A stretch of 64,000 nt of DNA from Minisyncoccia bacterium. GTDB lineage: Bacteria > Patescibacteriota > Minisyncoccia > Phycocordibacterales > CAIZLB01. Below are positions 1 through 11,463 of this stretch, piece after piece (position 1 is the stretch's first letter; the number at the start of each line of letters is the position of its first letter). Made by a program: the position numbers and the translations under genes. The stretch spans positions 18,346 through 82,345 of the forward strand of contig JBGSHK010000012.1 in assembly GCA_041752275.1 (NCBI GenBank), written 5' to 3'. The notes beneath the pieces are model-generated. The model was not told the origin of the DNA and made no database searches. It worked only from the letters and a program-made list of their open reading frames with translations.

Positions 1-2
1 TT

Positions 3-191
3 TTAGGAGATTTATATAATCCCGAAATGTTAAATAGTGGTTTGTCTGATATATATACAAACTTTGATAATTTTACTGTTTCAGATGAAGGTATAAAATT
101 TATTTTTGGACAATATCAAGTTGCACCATATGCAGCAGGTCAGCCAGAAGTTTTTCTGAGTTGGTTGGAGTTAGAAAGTTTTTTAAAATAA
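3..191 (+). CDS. C-terminal fragment of DUF3298/RsiV-like protein (gene starts before the window)
   Basis: Manual translation of frame 3: ...FTVSDEGIKFIFGQYQVAPYAAGQPEVFLSWLELESFLK*; FxxYxVAPYAxGxP is typical of DUF3298. Confidence 0.65.
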   Translation, partial: LGDLYNPEMLNSGLSDIYTNFDNFTVSDEGIKFIFGQYQVAPYAAGQPEVFLSWLELESFLK

Positions 192-193
192 AA

Positions 194-227
194 ATATCCT
201 CAGCAATAAATAATTTACTGAGGATAT
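194..227. terminator. Hairpin between convergent genes
   Basis: atatcctcag (194-203) / ctgaggatat (218-227) perfect 10-bp inverted repeat. Confidence 0.55.
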
Positions 228-232
228 AGATG

Positions 233-475
233 TTAAAATTTAACATAACGACAAATTATTGAAGTAATTAAGTTAGCTTTTTCTCTGTTGTATATTCTAT
301 TTTCCATTACATCATACAATAAGTCTAATACCTCATCCCAGTCTCTTTGTGTCATCTTTATATTTCTATTTGCTGGTAGTTTCGGTATGATATCTGATAT
401 GAGAAATCTTTTAAAATCTCTATACATCACAGGGTATTTCTTGATTATAAACCTTACAAAACGTTGTGCTTTCAT
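233..475 (-). CDS. Hypothetical protein
   Basis: 80-aa ORF filling the gap downstream of eno; no motif recognised. Confidence 0.45.
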   Translation of the reverse strand: MKAQRFVRFIIKKYPVMYRDFKRFLISDIIPKLPANRNIKMTQRDWDEVLDLLYDVMENRIYNREKANLITSIICRYVKF

Positions 476-595
476 TAAGTTACAGGGTGTTGACTAGATA
501 ACATTAACATATTTTGATAAAAATGAAACCCTATATAAAAAATAATCACCCATGTAAAGAGTGATTACTTTTTGTATTTAGTTTAAGTTAAGAAA

Positions 596-1903
<1,308 letters not shown>

Positions 1904-1946
1904 TTAAATTATTTATATAATAACTCATATATGATATCATATAAGT

Positions 1947-2291
1947 ATGAAATCATTCACTTTTTTATTGGTTTTGACAATATTTTTAACCCCTGTGGCA
2001 AGTAAAGCTTTGCCAACAAACTTTGGTGGACAAATTGTTGGAATATTTCCGTGTACATGTAGTGGCAATATGATTCTTTATGTTAGAGATGTAAGATTTC
2101 AAATCTTAACCTTGATCTATCAGCCGGGTGGAACTATTTTGTATAAAATGTATCAACCAAGACCTGTTGTTAATTCTCTTGGCAACTATACCCCCGGACT
2201 TGGAACATGTTGGTTTTATAGCGGTGATAGTTGTAAATTCGTACCTACTTTAGGTATGATACTTAGACTAGGAACCTCTTTATCTATATAA
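1947..2291 (+). CDS. Small secreted Cys-containing hypothetical protein
   Basis: Signal-peptide-like N-terminus, CTC and two further Cys; TG-a-TATCAT 6 nt before the ATG. Confidence 0.7.
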   Translation: MKSFTFLLVLTIFLTPVASKALPTNFGGQIVGIFPCTCSGNMILYVRDVRFQILTLIYQPGGTILYKMYQPRPVVNSLGNYTPGLGTCWFYSGDSCKFVPTLGMILRLGTSLSI

Positions 2292-2310
2292 AACATTTAT
2301 TTTTTAGAAA

Positions 2311-3348
2311 ATGTCTTTCATTCAAAAACTAAAACAAGATAAAAATCGACCACTTTTTGTTTTAGCTCCCATGGCTGACGTTACAGATGTAGCTTTTCGT
2401 ACCGTCATAGCTGAAGCAACATCACCCGACATCTTTTGGACCGAGTTTGTGTCTGCTGATGGTTTGATACGTGCGACAGAGATTGGAAAATATAAACTCA
2501 AGAAAGATTTATTGTTTGATAAAGAAAAACAACGTCCTATAATAGTACAGCTTTTTTCTTCTACATATCAATACATGTATGAGGCAACAAAACTTTGTAT
2601 AGAGTTAGGATTTGATGGTGTTGATATAAACATGGGTTGCCCAGATAAGTCTATAGAAAAACAAAAATGTGGTGCTGCTATGATAAAAAATCCAGATTTG
2701 GCTGTACAAGTTATCAAAGCTTGTCTCGACGCTAGGCGAGATTTTTGTATTGGTAGTGACAAGGCAGATTTTGCCGTGTCTGTAAAAACTCGAGTAGGAT
2801 ATAACTCTGTTGAGCTTGATAGTTGGATACCCCTTTTGCTTGAGCAAGAACTTGATCTCATAACCATACATGCTCGTACACGCAAAGAGATGTCTAAAGT
2901 TGAAGCTGACTGGTCTCATGTCAATACCGTTGTCAAGATGAGAGATGATTGGGCAGAGAAAAATCCAGATAAAACTTCACCACTTATCTTTGGAAATGGT
3001 GATGTGTTGAGTGTTGAAGATGGTTACAATAAATGTTTACAGTTTAATTCTGATGGTGCCATGATAGGACGAGCTATGTTTGGCAATCCATGGTTTTTTA
3101 AAGATATAGAAAATATTGGCACGGATGAAAAATTTACACCAAGTAGAGAAGTGAGATTAAAAACACTTCTAAGACAAGTTGAAGTTTTTGATAAGGAGTT
3201 AGGAGATGTGAAATCTTTTGCGGTGATGAAAAAGTTTTTTAAAACATATATGAATGGATTTGATGATGCAAAAGAGATAAGGGATAAGATTATGGGGATG
3301 GAGACGGCAGGTGAGGTTACAGAGTTTTTGAAAGAAAGTTTGCAGTAG
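2311..3348 (+). CDS. dusB: tRNA-dihydrouridine synthase (Dus family)
   Basis: LAPMADVTD, GVDINMGCP, SVKTRVG, ITIHART, GNGDV, GAMIGRA motifs. Confidence 0.93.
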   Translation: MSFIQKLKQDKNRPLFVLAPMADVTDVAFRTVIAEATSPDIFWTEFVSADGLIRATEIGKYKLKKDLLFDKEKQRPIIVQLFSSTYQYMYEATKLCIELGFDGVDINMGCPDKSIEKQKCGAAMIKNPDLAVQVIKACLDARRDFCIGSDKADFAVSVKTRVGYNSVELDSWIPLLLEQELDLITIHARTRKEMSKVEADWSHVNTVVKMRDDWAEKNPDKTSPLIFGNGDVLSVEDGYNKCLQFNSDGAMIGRAMFGNPWFFKDIENIGTDEKFTPSREVRLKTLLRQVEVFDKELGDVKSFAVMKKFFKTYMNGFDDAKEIRDKIMGMETAGEVTEFLKESLQ

Positions 3349-3447
3349 CTGGTTTGATTTTTTGTGTAAAATATGGTTAAATAACAAGCCCTAGACGCAA
3401 AGTAGCGTTTATAGATTTAACCTTACAATCCCTGAACATTATATATT

Positions 3448-3924
3448 ATGACTGGAAGAAAAATTATTGAAGTGAACTATGAGATGCCTTTTGAAGGAAT
3501 GCTGGTTTTGGCTGGTGTTCCTAAGTATCAAAGGGAGAAAATTTTCAAACAACTTGAATCCAAGAGTGTTGAGTTTGAATTTAAGACCAAAAGGTTGTTT
3601 GAAGTCGATGATGTTCACTTCAACACACCAATACTTTCCCACAGTGCATCAAAACTCATTCGTGCTACATCAACTTGTGAGACTGAATGGAAACCTTTCG
3701 ATATTGAACATTTGTTGGCATATTACATGAAAAATCCTGCAAAGTTTAAAACAGGTTTCGTTTTTGCTTCAAAAAAGGTTTACAACGTTGAAGGTGTACC
3801 TCATATTTTCATGATGGGAACAGACAAAGGTCATGCTGATCTTGAGTTGGTCAAAGATGACCGTCCTTGGGTGGCTATCACCTCAAATTTTCCCAAATAC
3901 CACAGACTACCAAAAGCAGCTTAA
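3448..3924 (+). CDS. Hypothetical protein
   Basis: 158-aa ORF followed by a GC hairpin and T-tract (~3938-3970). Confidence 0.65.
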   Translation: MTGRKIIEVNYEMPFEGMLVLAGVPKYQREKIFKQLESKSVEFEFKTKRLFEVDDVHFNTPILSHSASKLIRATSTCETEWKPFDIEHLLAYYMKNPAKFKTGFVFASKKVYNVEGVPHIFMMGTDKGHADLELVKDDRPWVAITSNFPKYHRLPKAA

Positions 3925-3997
3925 TAACTGCAAACCTCCCACCCAGGATCTCCTGGTGTGGGTTGTTTTTCTTTGTAACGTAGACTAAAATCAAACT

Positions 3998-4444
3998 ATG
4001 AATTATTGGCTCATGAAATCAGAAGGAGATTGCTATCCTATAGATCAACTTAAAAAAGATAAGACTACCGCATGGAGTGGTGTACGTAACTATCAAGCAC
4101 GTAACTATATGAAAGATATGAAAGTTGGTGACATGATTTTGTTTTATCATTCAAGTACTAAACCTATCGGTGTTTACGGTTTAGCTCGTGTTATAAAAGA
4201 AGCACATACAGACATAACTGCATTTGATAGAAGAGATGATCATTATGACGAAAGATCAAAACCTGAGAAACCTATATGGGAATGTGTTGATGTAGAATAT
4301 GTATCGACATTTACAAAACCAAAAACCCTCGATGATATGAAAAGACATCCTGAGCTATCGACCATGAAATTATTTCAAAAAGGATCTAGATTGTCGGTTA
4401 TACCAGTGACAGAGAAGGAGTATAAGTTTATTGTTAGTTTATAA
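3998..4444 (+). CDS. EVE domain-containing protein
   Basis: YWLMKSE, WSGVRNYQARN, MKVGD..LFYHS, RLSVIPV motifs. Confidence 0.95.
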   Translation: MNYWLMKSEGDCYPIDQLKKDKTTAWSGVRNYQARNYMKDMKVGDMILFYHSSTKPIGVYGLARVIKEAHTDITAFDRRDDHYDERSKPEKPIWECVDVEYVSTFTKPKTLDDMKRHPELSTMKLFQKGSRLSVIPVTEKEYKFIVSL

Positions 4445-4573
4445 ACGACACAGGGTGAGTAAAATGAACATAAATGTTCATTTTCCAACTAAGAAGTTTA
4501 CTTTATGAAAAATTTAGCTTTTCTTTAACTTTTCTTTATAAAAATTTTATGATCCAGTTGGTATTATTGGGGT

Positions 4574-4975
4574 ATGAATAACAAAAATTATGATGAATGG
4601 AATATACTCAAGAAAAAGATAAATTTTATATATAATAACCCTTTTCATGCAAAAGTAAGAGAGGTTTGGTGGGTTAATATTGGTTTGAATATAGGTTCTG
4701 AGATATACGGAAAAGGATTTTATTATGTAAGGCCGGTTTTAGTCATCAAGGTTGATGATAAAAGATTTATCGGTCTTCCTTTGTCTTCAAAAATCAAGAA
4801 AAGTAAAAATACGATACGTATTTATACAGATGATTTGAAATATCATTCTGTTATTTTAAATCAAGTAAAAACTTTTGATAATAAGAGGTTGGTAAAAAGA
4901 AAGTATATCTTATCAAGAAATGTCTTTAAGAAATTGGTTAGAAAGTTTAAAAATATGATAACCGCTGACTATTAA
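4574..4975 (+). CDS. PemK/MazF-like toxin with no adjacent protein antitoxin
   Basis: REVWW..GLNIGSEIYGKG...RPVLVI...GLPLSS...LNQVKTFDNKRL pattern of the PemK-like fold. Confidence 0.8.
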   Translation: MNNKNYDEWNILKKKINFIYNNPFHAKVREVWWVNIGLNIGSEIYGKGFYYVRPVLVIKVDDKRFIGLPLSSKIKKSKNTIRIYTDDLKYHSVILNQVKTFDNKRLVKRKYILSRNVFKKLVRKFKNMITADY

Positions 4976-5020
4976 TCAACAGTTATCCGGCCCGAGGGCA
5001 TAAGAGGATTATACCTCTTT
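4949..5020 (-). ncRNA. Candidate small RNA convergent with and overlapping the 3' end of the MazF-like gene
   Basis: Minus-strand TTGACT(5054-5049)-16-TATAAT(5032-5027) promoter; three hairpins; the last (4957-4987) pairs fully only on the minus strand through G-U pairs and is followed by a U-tract. Confidence 0.5.
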
Positions 5021-5075
5021 ATTTGCATTATACTCCCGAGCATTCTAAAGTCAAATTTGTTATAATACTACTCAT

Positions 5076-5999
5076 ATGTCAGAACACACATCATTATATA
5101 GAAAATACAGACCTACAACTTTTGCTGATGTTTTAGGTCAAGATCATATAGTTTCTGTATTACAAAAAGCTATTGAAAATAAAAATCCAAACCACGCATA
5201 CATATTTACAGGCTCTCGAGGTGTTGGTAAAACATCTATTGCACGTATATTTGCAAGAGAGCTTGGAGTAAACGAAGCTGATATCTATGAGATAGATGCA
5301 GCGTCGTACACTGGAGTTGATAACATCAGAGAGCTGATAGAAAGTGCTACGGTGCTTCCGATGCAGTCTCCTTATAAAGTTTATATACTCGATGAAGTTC
5401 ACATGCTTTCTAAGAATGCTTTCAATGCATTCCTAAAGGGACTTGAAGAACCACCAAAGCATGTCATCTATATATTGGCGACAACAGAGCTCAACAAACT
5501 TTTGGATACAATTATATCTCGTTGTGAAGTTCACAATTTTAAAAAACCATCTATCGACATACTGTCTCAAGTTGTTTCGGACGTTGTCAAGAAAGAAGGT
5601 TTATCTATAGATGATGAATCAACAAAACTTATAGCCATGAGTGGTGACGAATCTTTTCGTGATACACTTTCAGTTTTACAAAAAGTTATAGCGTCTGTTG
5701 ATGGAAAAAAGATAGAGAACATAGAACATATTTTAAATATACCTGATATAAGTTTGATTGATGAGATTATTGAGAAGAATATAAAAGGTGAGGCTGTTTT
5801 TGAAAATATAGATAAATTAAAACAAAATAACGCAGATGGAAAAATAGTTTATGATTTGTTTATGGATAGATTAAGGGTGAAGTTAAGAGAGGGGAAGGAT
5901 AAGGAAAAAGTTTTGGTCCTGTTTGCTAAGGCTTTGGAAAATTATCGACATGTCAGATTTGTCGATGCGTTTTTGGTGTTGGAGGTTGTGTGTGGGTAA
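5076..5999 (+). CDS. dnaX: DNA polymerase III subunit gamma/tau (short form)
   Basis: LYRKYRP, GSRGVGKT, EIDAAS, ILDEVHML, TIISRC. Confidence 0.95.
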   Translation: MSEHTSLYRKYRPTTFADVLGQDHIVSVLQKAIENKNPNHAYIFTGSRGVGKTSIARIFARELGVNEADIYEIDAASYTGVDNIRELIESATVLPMQSPYKVYILDEVHMLSKNAFNAFLKGLEEPPKHVIYILATTELNKLLDTIISRCEVHNFKKPSIDILSQVVSDVVKKEGLSIDDESTKLIAMSGDESFRDTLSVLQKVIASVDGKKIENIEHILNIPDISLIDEIIEKNIKGEAVFENIDKLKQNNADGKIVYDLFMDRLRVKLREGKDKEKVLVLFAKALENYRHVRFVDAFLVLEVVCG

Positions 6000-6020
6000 T
6001 TAAGGGGGTATAATTTTTAT

Positions 6021-6734
6021 ATGAAAAATAATCAAAATGGTTTTATTGGAATCGCAATAATTATTATTATAGCTCTTGTTGCTGTAGGCGGTGGAACGTA
6101 TGTTTACACTCAACAAAAAATGAATACTAACATTGACTCTGGTATTGAAGTAGAAACAAATTCTACATCAACTACTACAACAAATAGTATGCAAAAAAAT
6201 CTTGAAGAAGCAAAGGATAATCTTAATGCCTCAGTCGGAAAGAACTTGGTTACAGAAGCAAGTGTTAGAAAAGATTCAAAAGGAAATCCTATACCTGCTC
6301 TAATTGTAGATCCTGATGTTGCTGCAGAAATTGTTATAGAAAAATATGGGTCAAACCCTGCATACTTTCGTCAGTTGATAAAAGTACAGCTGATGGCTAT
6401 GGCAGCAGGACTTCAGGCTGAGGCATCTCAAATTAAGAGTAAAAATGGTTCATACGCAAGTGTGTGCGAGAGAGCAGGACCTTTTTTATATGAACGAGCA
6501 AATGAAAATTTGAATTATGATGATGAACTTACCCAAAGTATGAATAAAAGTTTGAATATTACTATTGATAGTTACCGAATAAATGAACTTGTATGTAAGT
6601 CAAATGATTCTGGTTTTGTTGCAACGGTACCACTAACCCTGGAAGATGGAACAGTCACAAAGATGTGTATGAGTAACAAAGGATCTGCATACAATGAAGC
6701 AAATTTTGAAACTCTAACTTGTGTAAAAAAATAA
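6021..6734 (+). CDS. Pilin-like / membrane-anchored hypothetical protein
   Basis: N-terminal QNGF followed by a hydrophobic helix (prepilin-like); C-terminal Cys residues. Confidence 0.6.
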   Translation: MKNNQNGFIGIAIIIIIALVAVGGGTYVYTQQKMNTNIDSGIEVETNSTSTTTTNSMQKNLEEAKDNLNASVGKNLVTEASVRKDSKGNPIPALIVDPDVAAEIVIEKYGSNPAYFRQLIKVQLMAMAAGLQAEASQIKSKNGSYASVCERAGPFLYERANENLNYDDELTQSMNKSLNITIDSYRINELVCKSNDSGFVATVPLTLEDGTVTKMCMSNKGSAYNEANFETLTCVKK

Positions 6735-6766
6735 TTTGGTTGACTAAACCACTAAACTCGAATAAT

Positions 6767-6803
6767 AAAATAAGACCATTCTTTCCTTGAATGGTCTTAT
6801 TTT
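6767..6803. terminator. Bidirectional terminator between convergent genes
   Basis: aaaataagaccattc / gaatggtcttatttt 15-bp stem, loop tttcctt. Confidence 0.75.
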
Positions 6804-6816
6804 TTATGAGAGTTTT

Positions 6817-8835
6817 CTATGCAAACAGAATCACCGGAATAATAATCGGTCGCTTATTCGTCTCCCTAAAGATAAACTTACCCAGTGTATCAGTCGTCAC
6901 ATCCTTAACATAATCCAAGTCTGGTGCATTTCTTGTATCATACACAGCCTTCTCTATAGTTGTACGAACAGTAGTTCTGATCTCACGTAGTAACTCTTGT
7001 GACTCTCTAAGATAAACCGACCCACGAGATATAATATCAGGTGACTTTATAAGACGTCCTGACATCGGGTTAAGCATAGCAACTACAACGAAGATTCCAT
7101 CTTCGGCAAGTATTTGTCTATCTCTTAAAACCACATCTTGTATATCACCAACAGTAAATCCATCAACGATAACAACATTGTCCGGTGCTTTTACTGGAAG
7201 CTTAACAAACTTAGTTCCTCCATCTTGTATCTCAAGAATATTACAGTCATCAGCTATGATTATATTTTCTCTTGGCATACCAAGTTGCATTGCAAGATCA
7301 GCGTGAAGTTTTACATGATAATGATGTCCATGCATAGGCATAAAAAACTTTGGATTCATTTTTCTATGTAACCACTCTATCTCACCACGGTTAGCATGCC
7401 CTGTAGCGTGGATGAATACATCTGACGAACGATAATGCATAATGTTAGCACCTGATCTAGCAATATGATCTTTCATCTTTTGTACAACTCTTTCATTTCC
7501 AGGAATAATAGATGAAGAAAGTAATACAGTATCTCTGTCTGTTATTTGAACATATTTATGTTGCTTACTTGCTATACGCATAAGTGCAGCAAACTCATCA
7601 CCTTGAGCACCAGTTGCTATGATAACGATCTTATCAGGTGAATAGTTAACCATATCTTGCGCATTGATAACAGTCTCTTTTTTTATCTTAAGCATTCCTG
7701 CCTGTATCATGATATCGATATTGTTCTTAAGTGAACGACCTTCAATAACAAGTTTCTTGCCATATCTTTCACAAGATTCTGCAATCTTTGCTATACGGAA
7801 AAAGTGTGAAGCAAACATACCTATAATAAGTCTTCCTTTTATGTCTTTTATGGTTTGTTCCAATCCTTCATGTACTGATGACTCTGGTGTAGAAAAACCA
7901 GGGTTCTCTATGTTAGTTGATTCTCCAAGTAGACAAAGAACATTTTTACCATCAAATATTTTATAGTTTTCTTCTTCTTCATCTGTTGGTTTTCCGTCAA
8001 TATGATCTAACTTAAAGTCTCCGGGTGTTGTTATATATCCATATGGTGTATCAAATATAATACCCATAGAGTCAGGTATAGAGTGAGTTACACCGTAAAA
8101 CTTAACTGATGTTTTACCTATTATTATTGATTCATTACCTTCTATTATTTTAAAATCTATTGCAGGAACATGAGGGAACTCAGCTTGACGTTTTTTAAGC
8201 ATCAAAGATGTTAGGTTGCGAGTATACACTGGTGGCATACCTATTTTTTCTATTATATAAGGAATGGCACCGATATGGTCCAAGTGACCATGAGTTACTA
8301 TCATAGCTCGCACTTTATGTTTTCTTTCTTCTAAGTATTTTGTGTTTGGAAGAATATAGTCTATACCCGGTGTAGCTTCTTCTTTGAACTTAAAACCAGC
8401 GTCGATAACTATGATGTCATGTTCATTTTCAAAAACAGTCATGTTCATACCTATCTCTTCAACTCCACCAAGTGGTATGATACGGAATGTATCAGGTGCA
8501 ACGTCAGGTATATTGTGTTTTACACCATGTTTTATTTGACTTGCAGAACCTATGTTTGGTCTTGATCGGGGCATACTGAAGCGTTTTACTCCAGGTTTTT
8601 TCATCTTGATACCAGTTAAATCACCGGCCGCATTTGCTGAAAATGTATCACTCATGTTCAACTTATTGTCTTGTCTTCTTGTTATAACAGGAGGTTTAGC
8701 AACTGGTCTTTGTAATGTATTATGTGCAGGTCTTGTATGACTTACAGGTAAATTCTTTTTTAAACCACCATGATAAACCCTTGAAGGTGCTTTTGGAAAA
8801 CCTCCTGTATTTTTATTTGTATTATTTTCGTTCAT
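6817..8835 (-). CDS. rnj: Ribonuclease J with long basic N-terminal extension
   Basis: IPLGGVEEIGMN, THGHLDHIGA, HSIPD, TGAQGD, HATGH motifs. Confidence 0.97.
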   Translation of the reverse strand: MNENNTNKNTGGFPKAPSRVYHGGLKKNLPVSHTRPAHNTLQRPVAKPPVITRRQDNKLNMSDTFSANAAGDLTGIKMKKPGVKRFSMPRSRPNIGSASQIKHGVKHNIPDVAPDTFRIIPLGGVEEIGMNMTVFENEHDIIVIDAGFKFKEEATPGIDYILPNTKYLEERKHKVRAMIVTHGHLDHIGAIPYIIEKIGMPPVYTRNLTSLMLKKRQAEFPHVPAIDFKIIEGNESIIIGKTSVKFYGVTHSIPDSMGIIFDTPYGYITTPGDFKLDHIDGKPTDEEEENYKIFDGKNVLCLLGESTNIENPGFSTPESSVHEGLEQTIKDIKGRLIIGMFASHFFRIAKIAESCERYGKKLVIEGRSLKNNIDIMIQAGMLKIKKETVINAQDMVNYSPDKIVIIATGAQGDEFAALMRIASKQHKYVQITDRDTVLLSSSIIPGNERVVQKMKDHIARSGANIMHYRSSDVFIHATGHANRGEIEWLHRKMNPKFFMPMHGHHYHVKLHADLAMQLGMPRENIIIADDCNILEIQDGGTKFVKLPVKAPDNVVIVDGFTVGDIQDVVLRDRQILAEDGIFVVVAMLNPMSGRLIKSPDIISRGSVYLRESQELLREIRTTVRTTIEKAVYDTRNAPDLDYVKDVTTDTLGKFIFRETNKRPIIIPVILFA

Positions 8836-8934
8836 TTTTTTATTTTGTTTTAATTAACCTTGAATTATCTGTAAAGAGTTACAGTTCAAAATTTGTATAA
8901 TTAGTAACAATTAAAATATTCTCAGATCAACAAA

Positions 8935-9165
8935 CTATTGCCATAGATCAACCAATACTGAAGCTACAAATAATATAGATATTATTATAGTAAAGTAAAA
9001 GATGAATTTCTCAGCTCCGCGACGGGTGTGAAAATTTGCATTACCACCACCACCGAAAGAACCTCCGGCATCAGACTCTGTTTGTTGTATCAATACAAGT
9101 ATTACCATCAATATAGCTAGAAATATCTGTATATAAGGGAGAATGTTTAGAATAACTGTTAACAT
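8935..9165 (-). CDS. secG: Preprotein translocase subunit SecG
   Basis: Two hydrophobic helices around LIQ..GGSFGGG...TRRGAEK; start moved to the second ATG. Confidence 0.9.
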   Translation of the reverse strand: MLTVILNILPYIQIFLAILMVILVLIQQTESDAGGSFGGGGNANFHTRRGAEKFIFYFTIIISILFVASVLVDLWQ

Positions 9166-9267
9166 GTTTAGAGTATACACTAGATGTTATCTTTTGAAAA
9201 GGGGAGTAAAGTATTTACGAATAATACAATTTTTGCAATTTTCTCAAAAATATGTCAAAATCATGCA

Positions 9268-11085
9268 ATGACTCAAAATAACTCAAATGATATAAGAAAT
9301 ATTGCAATCATAGCCCACGTGGACCACGGTAAGACAACTCTTGTTGACGCCATGCTTCACTATACTGGTGCTATAAAAGAAGGTGCAGGGTCTATGGACT
9401 CTAACTCTATCGAACAAGAAAGAGGTATTACTATATATGCTAAAAATGCATCACTTACGTACAAAGGTCATAAGATAAACATTGTAGATACACCAGGTCA
9501 CGCCGACTTCGGTTCAGAGGTAGAGCGCGTTCTTCGTTCTATTGATACTGTTTTGCTTTTAGTTGATGCACAAGAGGGACCTATGCCTCAAACACGTTTC
9601 GTGTTGAAAAAGTCTTTAGAGCTTGGTTTAAGTCCGATCATTATTATGAACAAGTTGGATAAACCTGCTGCTGATCCTCAAAAAGTTCATGATGAGATTT
9701 TAGAACTATTTATAGAGCTTGGTGCTAACGACGCACAACTTGATTTCCCGGTTGTATATGCTATCGGACGCGATGCTGTTGCTAAAAAAGAATTAACAGA
9801 TGAATTTGTTAATCTTGACCCACTTTTCGATGAAATACTTTCACATGTTGAAGCTGCTAAACCATCACGTACTGACGATGTGTTTGTTGCTCAACCTTTC
9901 AACCTTGCATATGATAACTTTCTTGGACGTATGGCACTTTGCCGTGTGTGGAACGGATCTATGGAGATAAACAAAACTGTTCATGTTTTAAATAATGAAA
10001 AACCAGCAAGAACAGGAAAGATTATAAAAATATATTCTTTCGAGGGTCAGTCAAAGGTTGAAGTAGAAAAAGCATCTGTAGGTGACATAGTTATGGTGGC
10101 TGGACTTACAGATATATATATCGGAGAAACTATAACTTCAGATCCAACTGTTGAGCCTTTGAAGTCTATAGGTATAGACGAACCAACTATTGCTCTAAAC
10201 TTTTTGGTTAACAACTCACCATTTGCAGGAAAAGATGGTAAATATGTTACGTCCCGTCAAATCAGAGACAGACTAGAAAAAGAACTTGAAGTAAACGTTG
10301 GACTTAAGGTTGATTTTGATGGAAGTACAGGAGATACTTTCAAAGTATATGGACGTGGAGAATTACACATTGCTGTTCTTCTAGAGCAGATGAGACGTGA
10401 AGGTTTTGAAGTTCAGGTTTCAAATCCGGAGGTTATTACAAAGATGGTTGATAACAGACTTAACGAACCTTTTGAAGAAGTTGTGATCGACGTTCCTCAA
10501 GAGTTTTCAGGAGCTGTTATTGAAAAGCTTGGAAAGAGAAAAGCTATCATGACACAGATGAGTGAGAGAAACGGTATATCAAGACTTGTGTTTGAGATGC
10601 CAACGAGAGGTTTACTTGGTTACAGAGGTCAGTTTACTATCGACACTAAAGGTGAAGGTATTCTTTCATCAAGATTTATCGAGTTTAGACAACATGTTGG
10701 TGTGATCGAGAAAAGAGAAGTTGGTTCTATGGTTTCTATGGAAAACGGAAAGGCACTTACTTTCGCTCTTGGAAACCTGCAAACTCGTGGAGTATTATAC
10801 ATCATCGCTCAAACTGAAGTTTATGCAGGTATGGTTGTTGGTAACACATCAAAAGGAGAGGAGATGGAGGTTAACCCAACTAAAGCAAAGCAACTTACAA
10901 ACATGCGTGCATCAGGAACTGACGATGCTATATTGCTTGTGCCTCCATATCTTATAACTATCGAGAGGGGACTAGAGATTATGCAAGATGATGAATACCT
11001 TGAGATCACACCAAACAATGTTCGTCTAAGAAAAAGATATTTAACAAAGACGGATAGAGAAATGGCAAAGAAAAAGGCTCAATAA
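9268..11085 (+). CDS. typA: Translational GTPase TypA/BipA
   Basis: RNIAIIAHVDHGKTTL, ERGITI, DTPGHADF, GRGELH, EPFE, LEITP..VRLRK; start placed at MTQNN (TG-t-CAAAAT 6 nt upstream). Confidence 0.97.
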   Translation: MTQNNSNDIRNIAIIAHVDHGKTTLVDAMLHYTGAIKEGAGSMDSNSIEQERGITIYAKNASLTYKGHKINIVDTPGHADFGSEVERVLRSIDTVLLLVDAQEGPMPQTRFVLKKSLELGLSPIIIMNKLDKPAADPQKVHDEILELFIELGANDAQLDFPVVYAIGRDAVAKKELTDEFVNLDPLFDEILSHVEAAKPSRTDDVFVAQPFNLAYDNFLGRMALCRVWNGSMEINKTVHVLNNEKPARTGKIIKIYSFEGQSKVEVEKASVGDIVMVAGLTDIYIGETITSDPTVEPLKSIGIDEPTIALNFLVNNSPFAGKDGKYVTSRQIRDRLEKELEVNVGLKVDFDGSTGDTFKVYGRGELHIAVLLEQMRREGFEVQVSNPEVITKMVDNRLNEPFEEVVIDVPQEFSGAVIEKLGKRKAIMTQMSERNGISRLVFEMPTRGLLGYRGQFTIDTKGEGILSSRFIEFRQHVGVIEKREVGSMVSMENGKALTFALGNLQTRGVLYIIAQTEVYAGMVVGNTSKGEEMEVNPTKAKQLTNMRASGTDDAILLVPPYLITIERGLEIMQDDEYLEITPNNVRLRKRYLTKTDREMAKKKAQ

Positions 11086-11150
11086 TTTTTAAGAAAGAAG
11101 CGTCCAGAGATGGCGTTTTTTTTTGATTATTATTTACCCACAAAGTTTCC

Positions 11151-11179
11151 TTGACTATACCCCCTAGGGGGTATATGAT
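11151..11179 (+). promoter_or_regulatory. Sigma70 promoter with CsoR operator in the spacer
   Basis: TTGACT(11151-56)-17-TATGAT(11174-79); perfect palindrome TATACCCCCTAGGGGGTATA (11156-11175) resembles the C/G-tract CsoR operator. Confidence 0.88.
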
Positions 11180-11186
11180 ATTAAAC

Positions 11187-11450
11187 ATGACAATAGAAAA
11201 ACAAAAATTAATAAATCGCTTGAAAATCATAGAAGGGCAGATAAGAGGGATTCAAGATATGATAGAAAAAGATTCCTATTGTATTGATGTTATAACTCAA
11301 GCGTCTGCTGTTAAACAAGGTATGTCAAATGTTGAGGATAAATTGCTTGAGCATCATTTGAGTCATTGTTTGGTAAATCAAATCAAACAAGGTAAAACCA
11401 AACAGGCTACAGAAGAAATTATTAAAGTTTATAGATTAAAAAGAAAATAA
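11187..11450 (+). CDS. csoR: CsoR/RcnR-family metal-sensing repressor
   Basis: RLKIIEGQIRGI..M...YC.DVITQ...HLSHC; the track start at 11151 lies inside the promoter, so ATG 11187 is preferred. Confidence 0.93.
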   Translation: MTIEKQKLINRLKIIEGQIRGIQDMIEKDSYCIDVITQASAVKQGMSNVEDKLLEHHLSHCLVNQIKQGKTKQATEEIIKVYRLKRK

Positions 11451-11463
11451 AATAAATAAAAAC

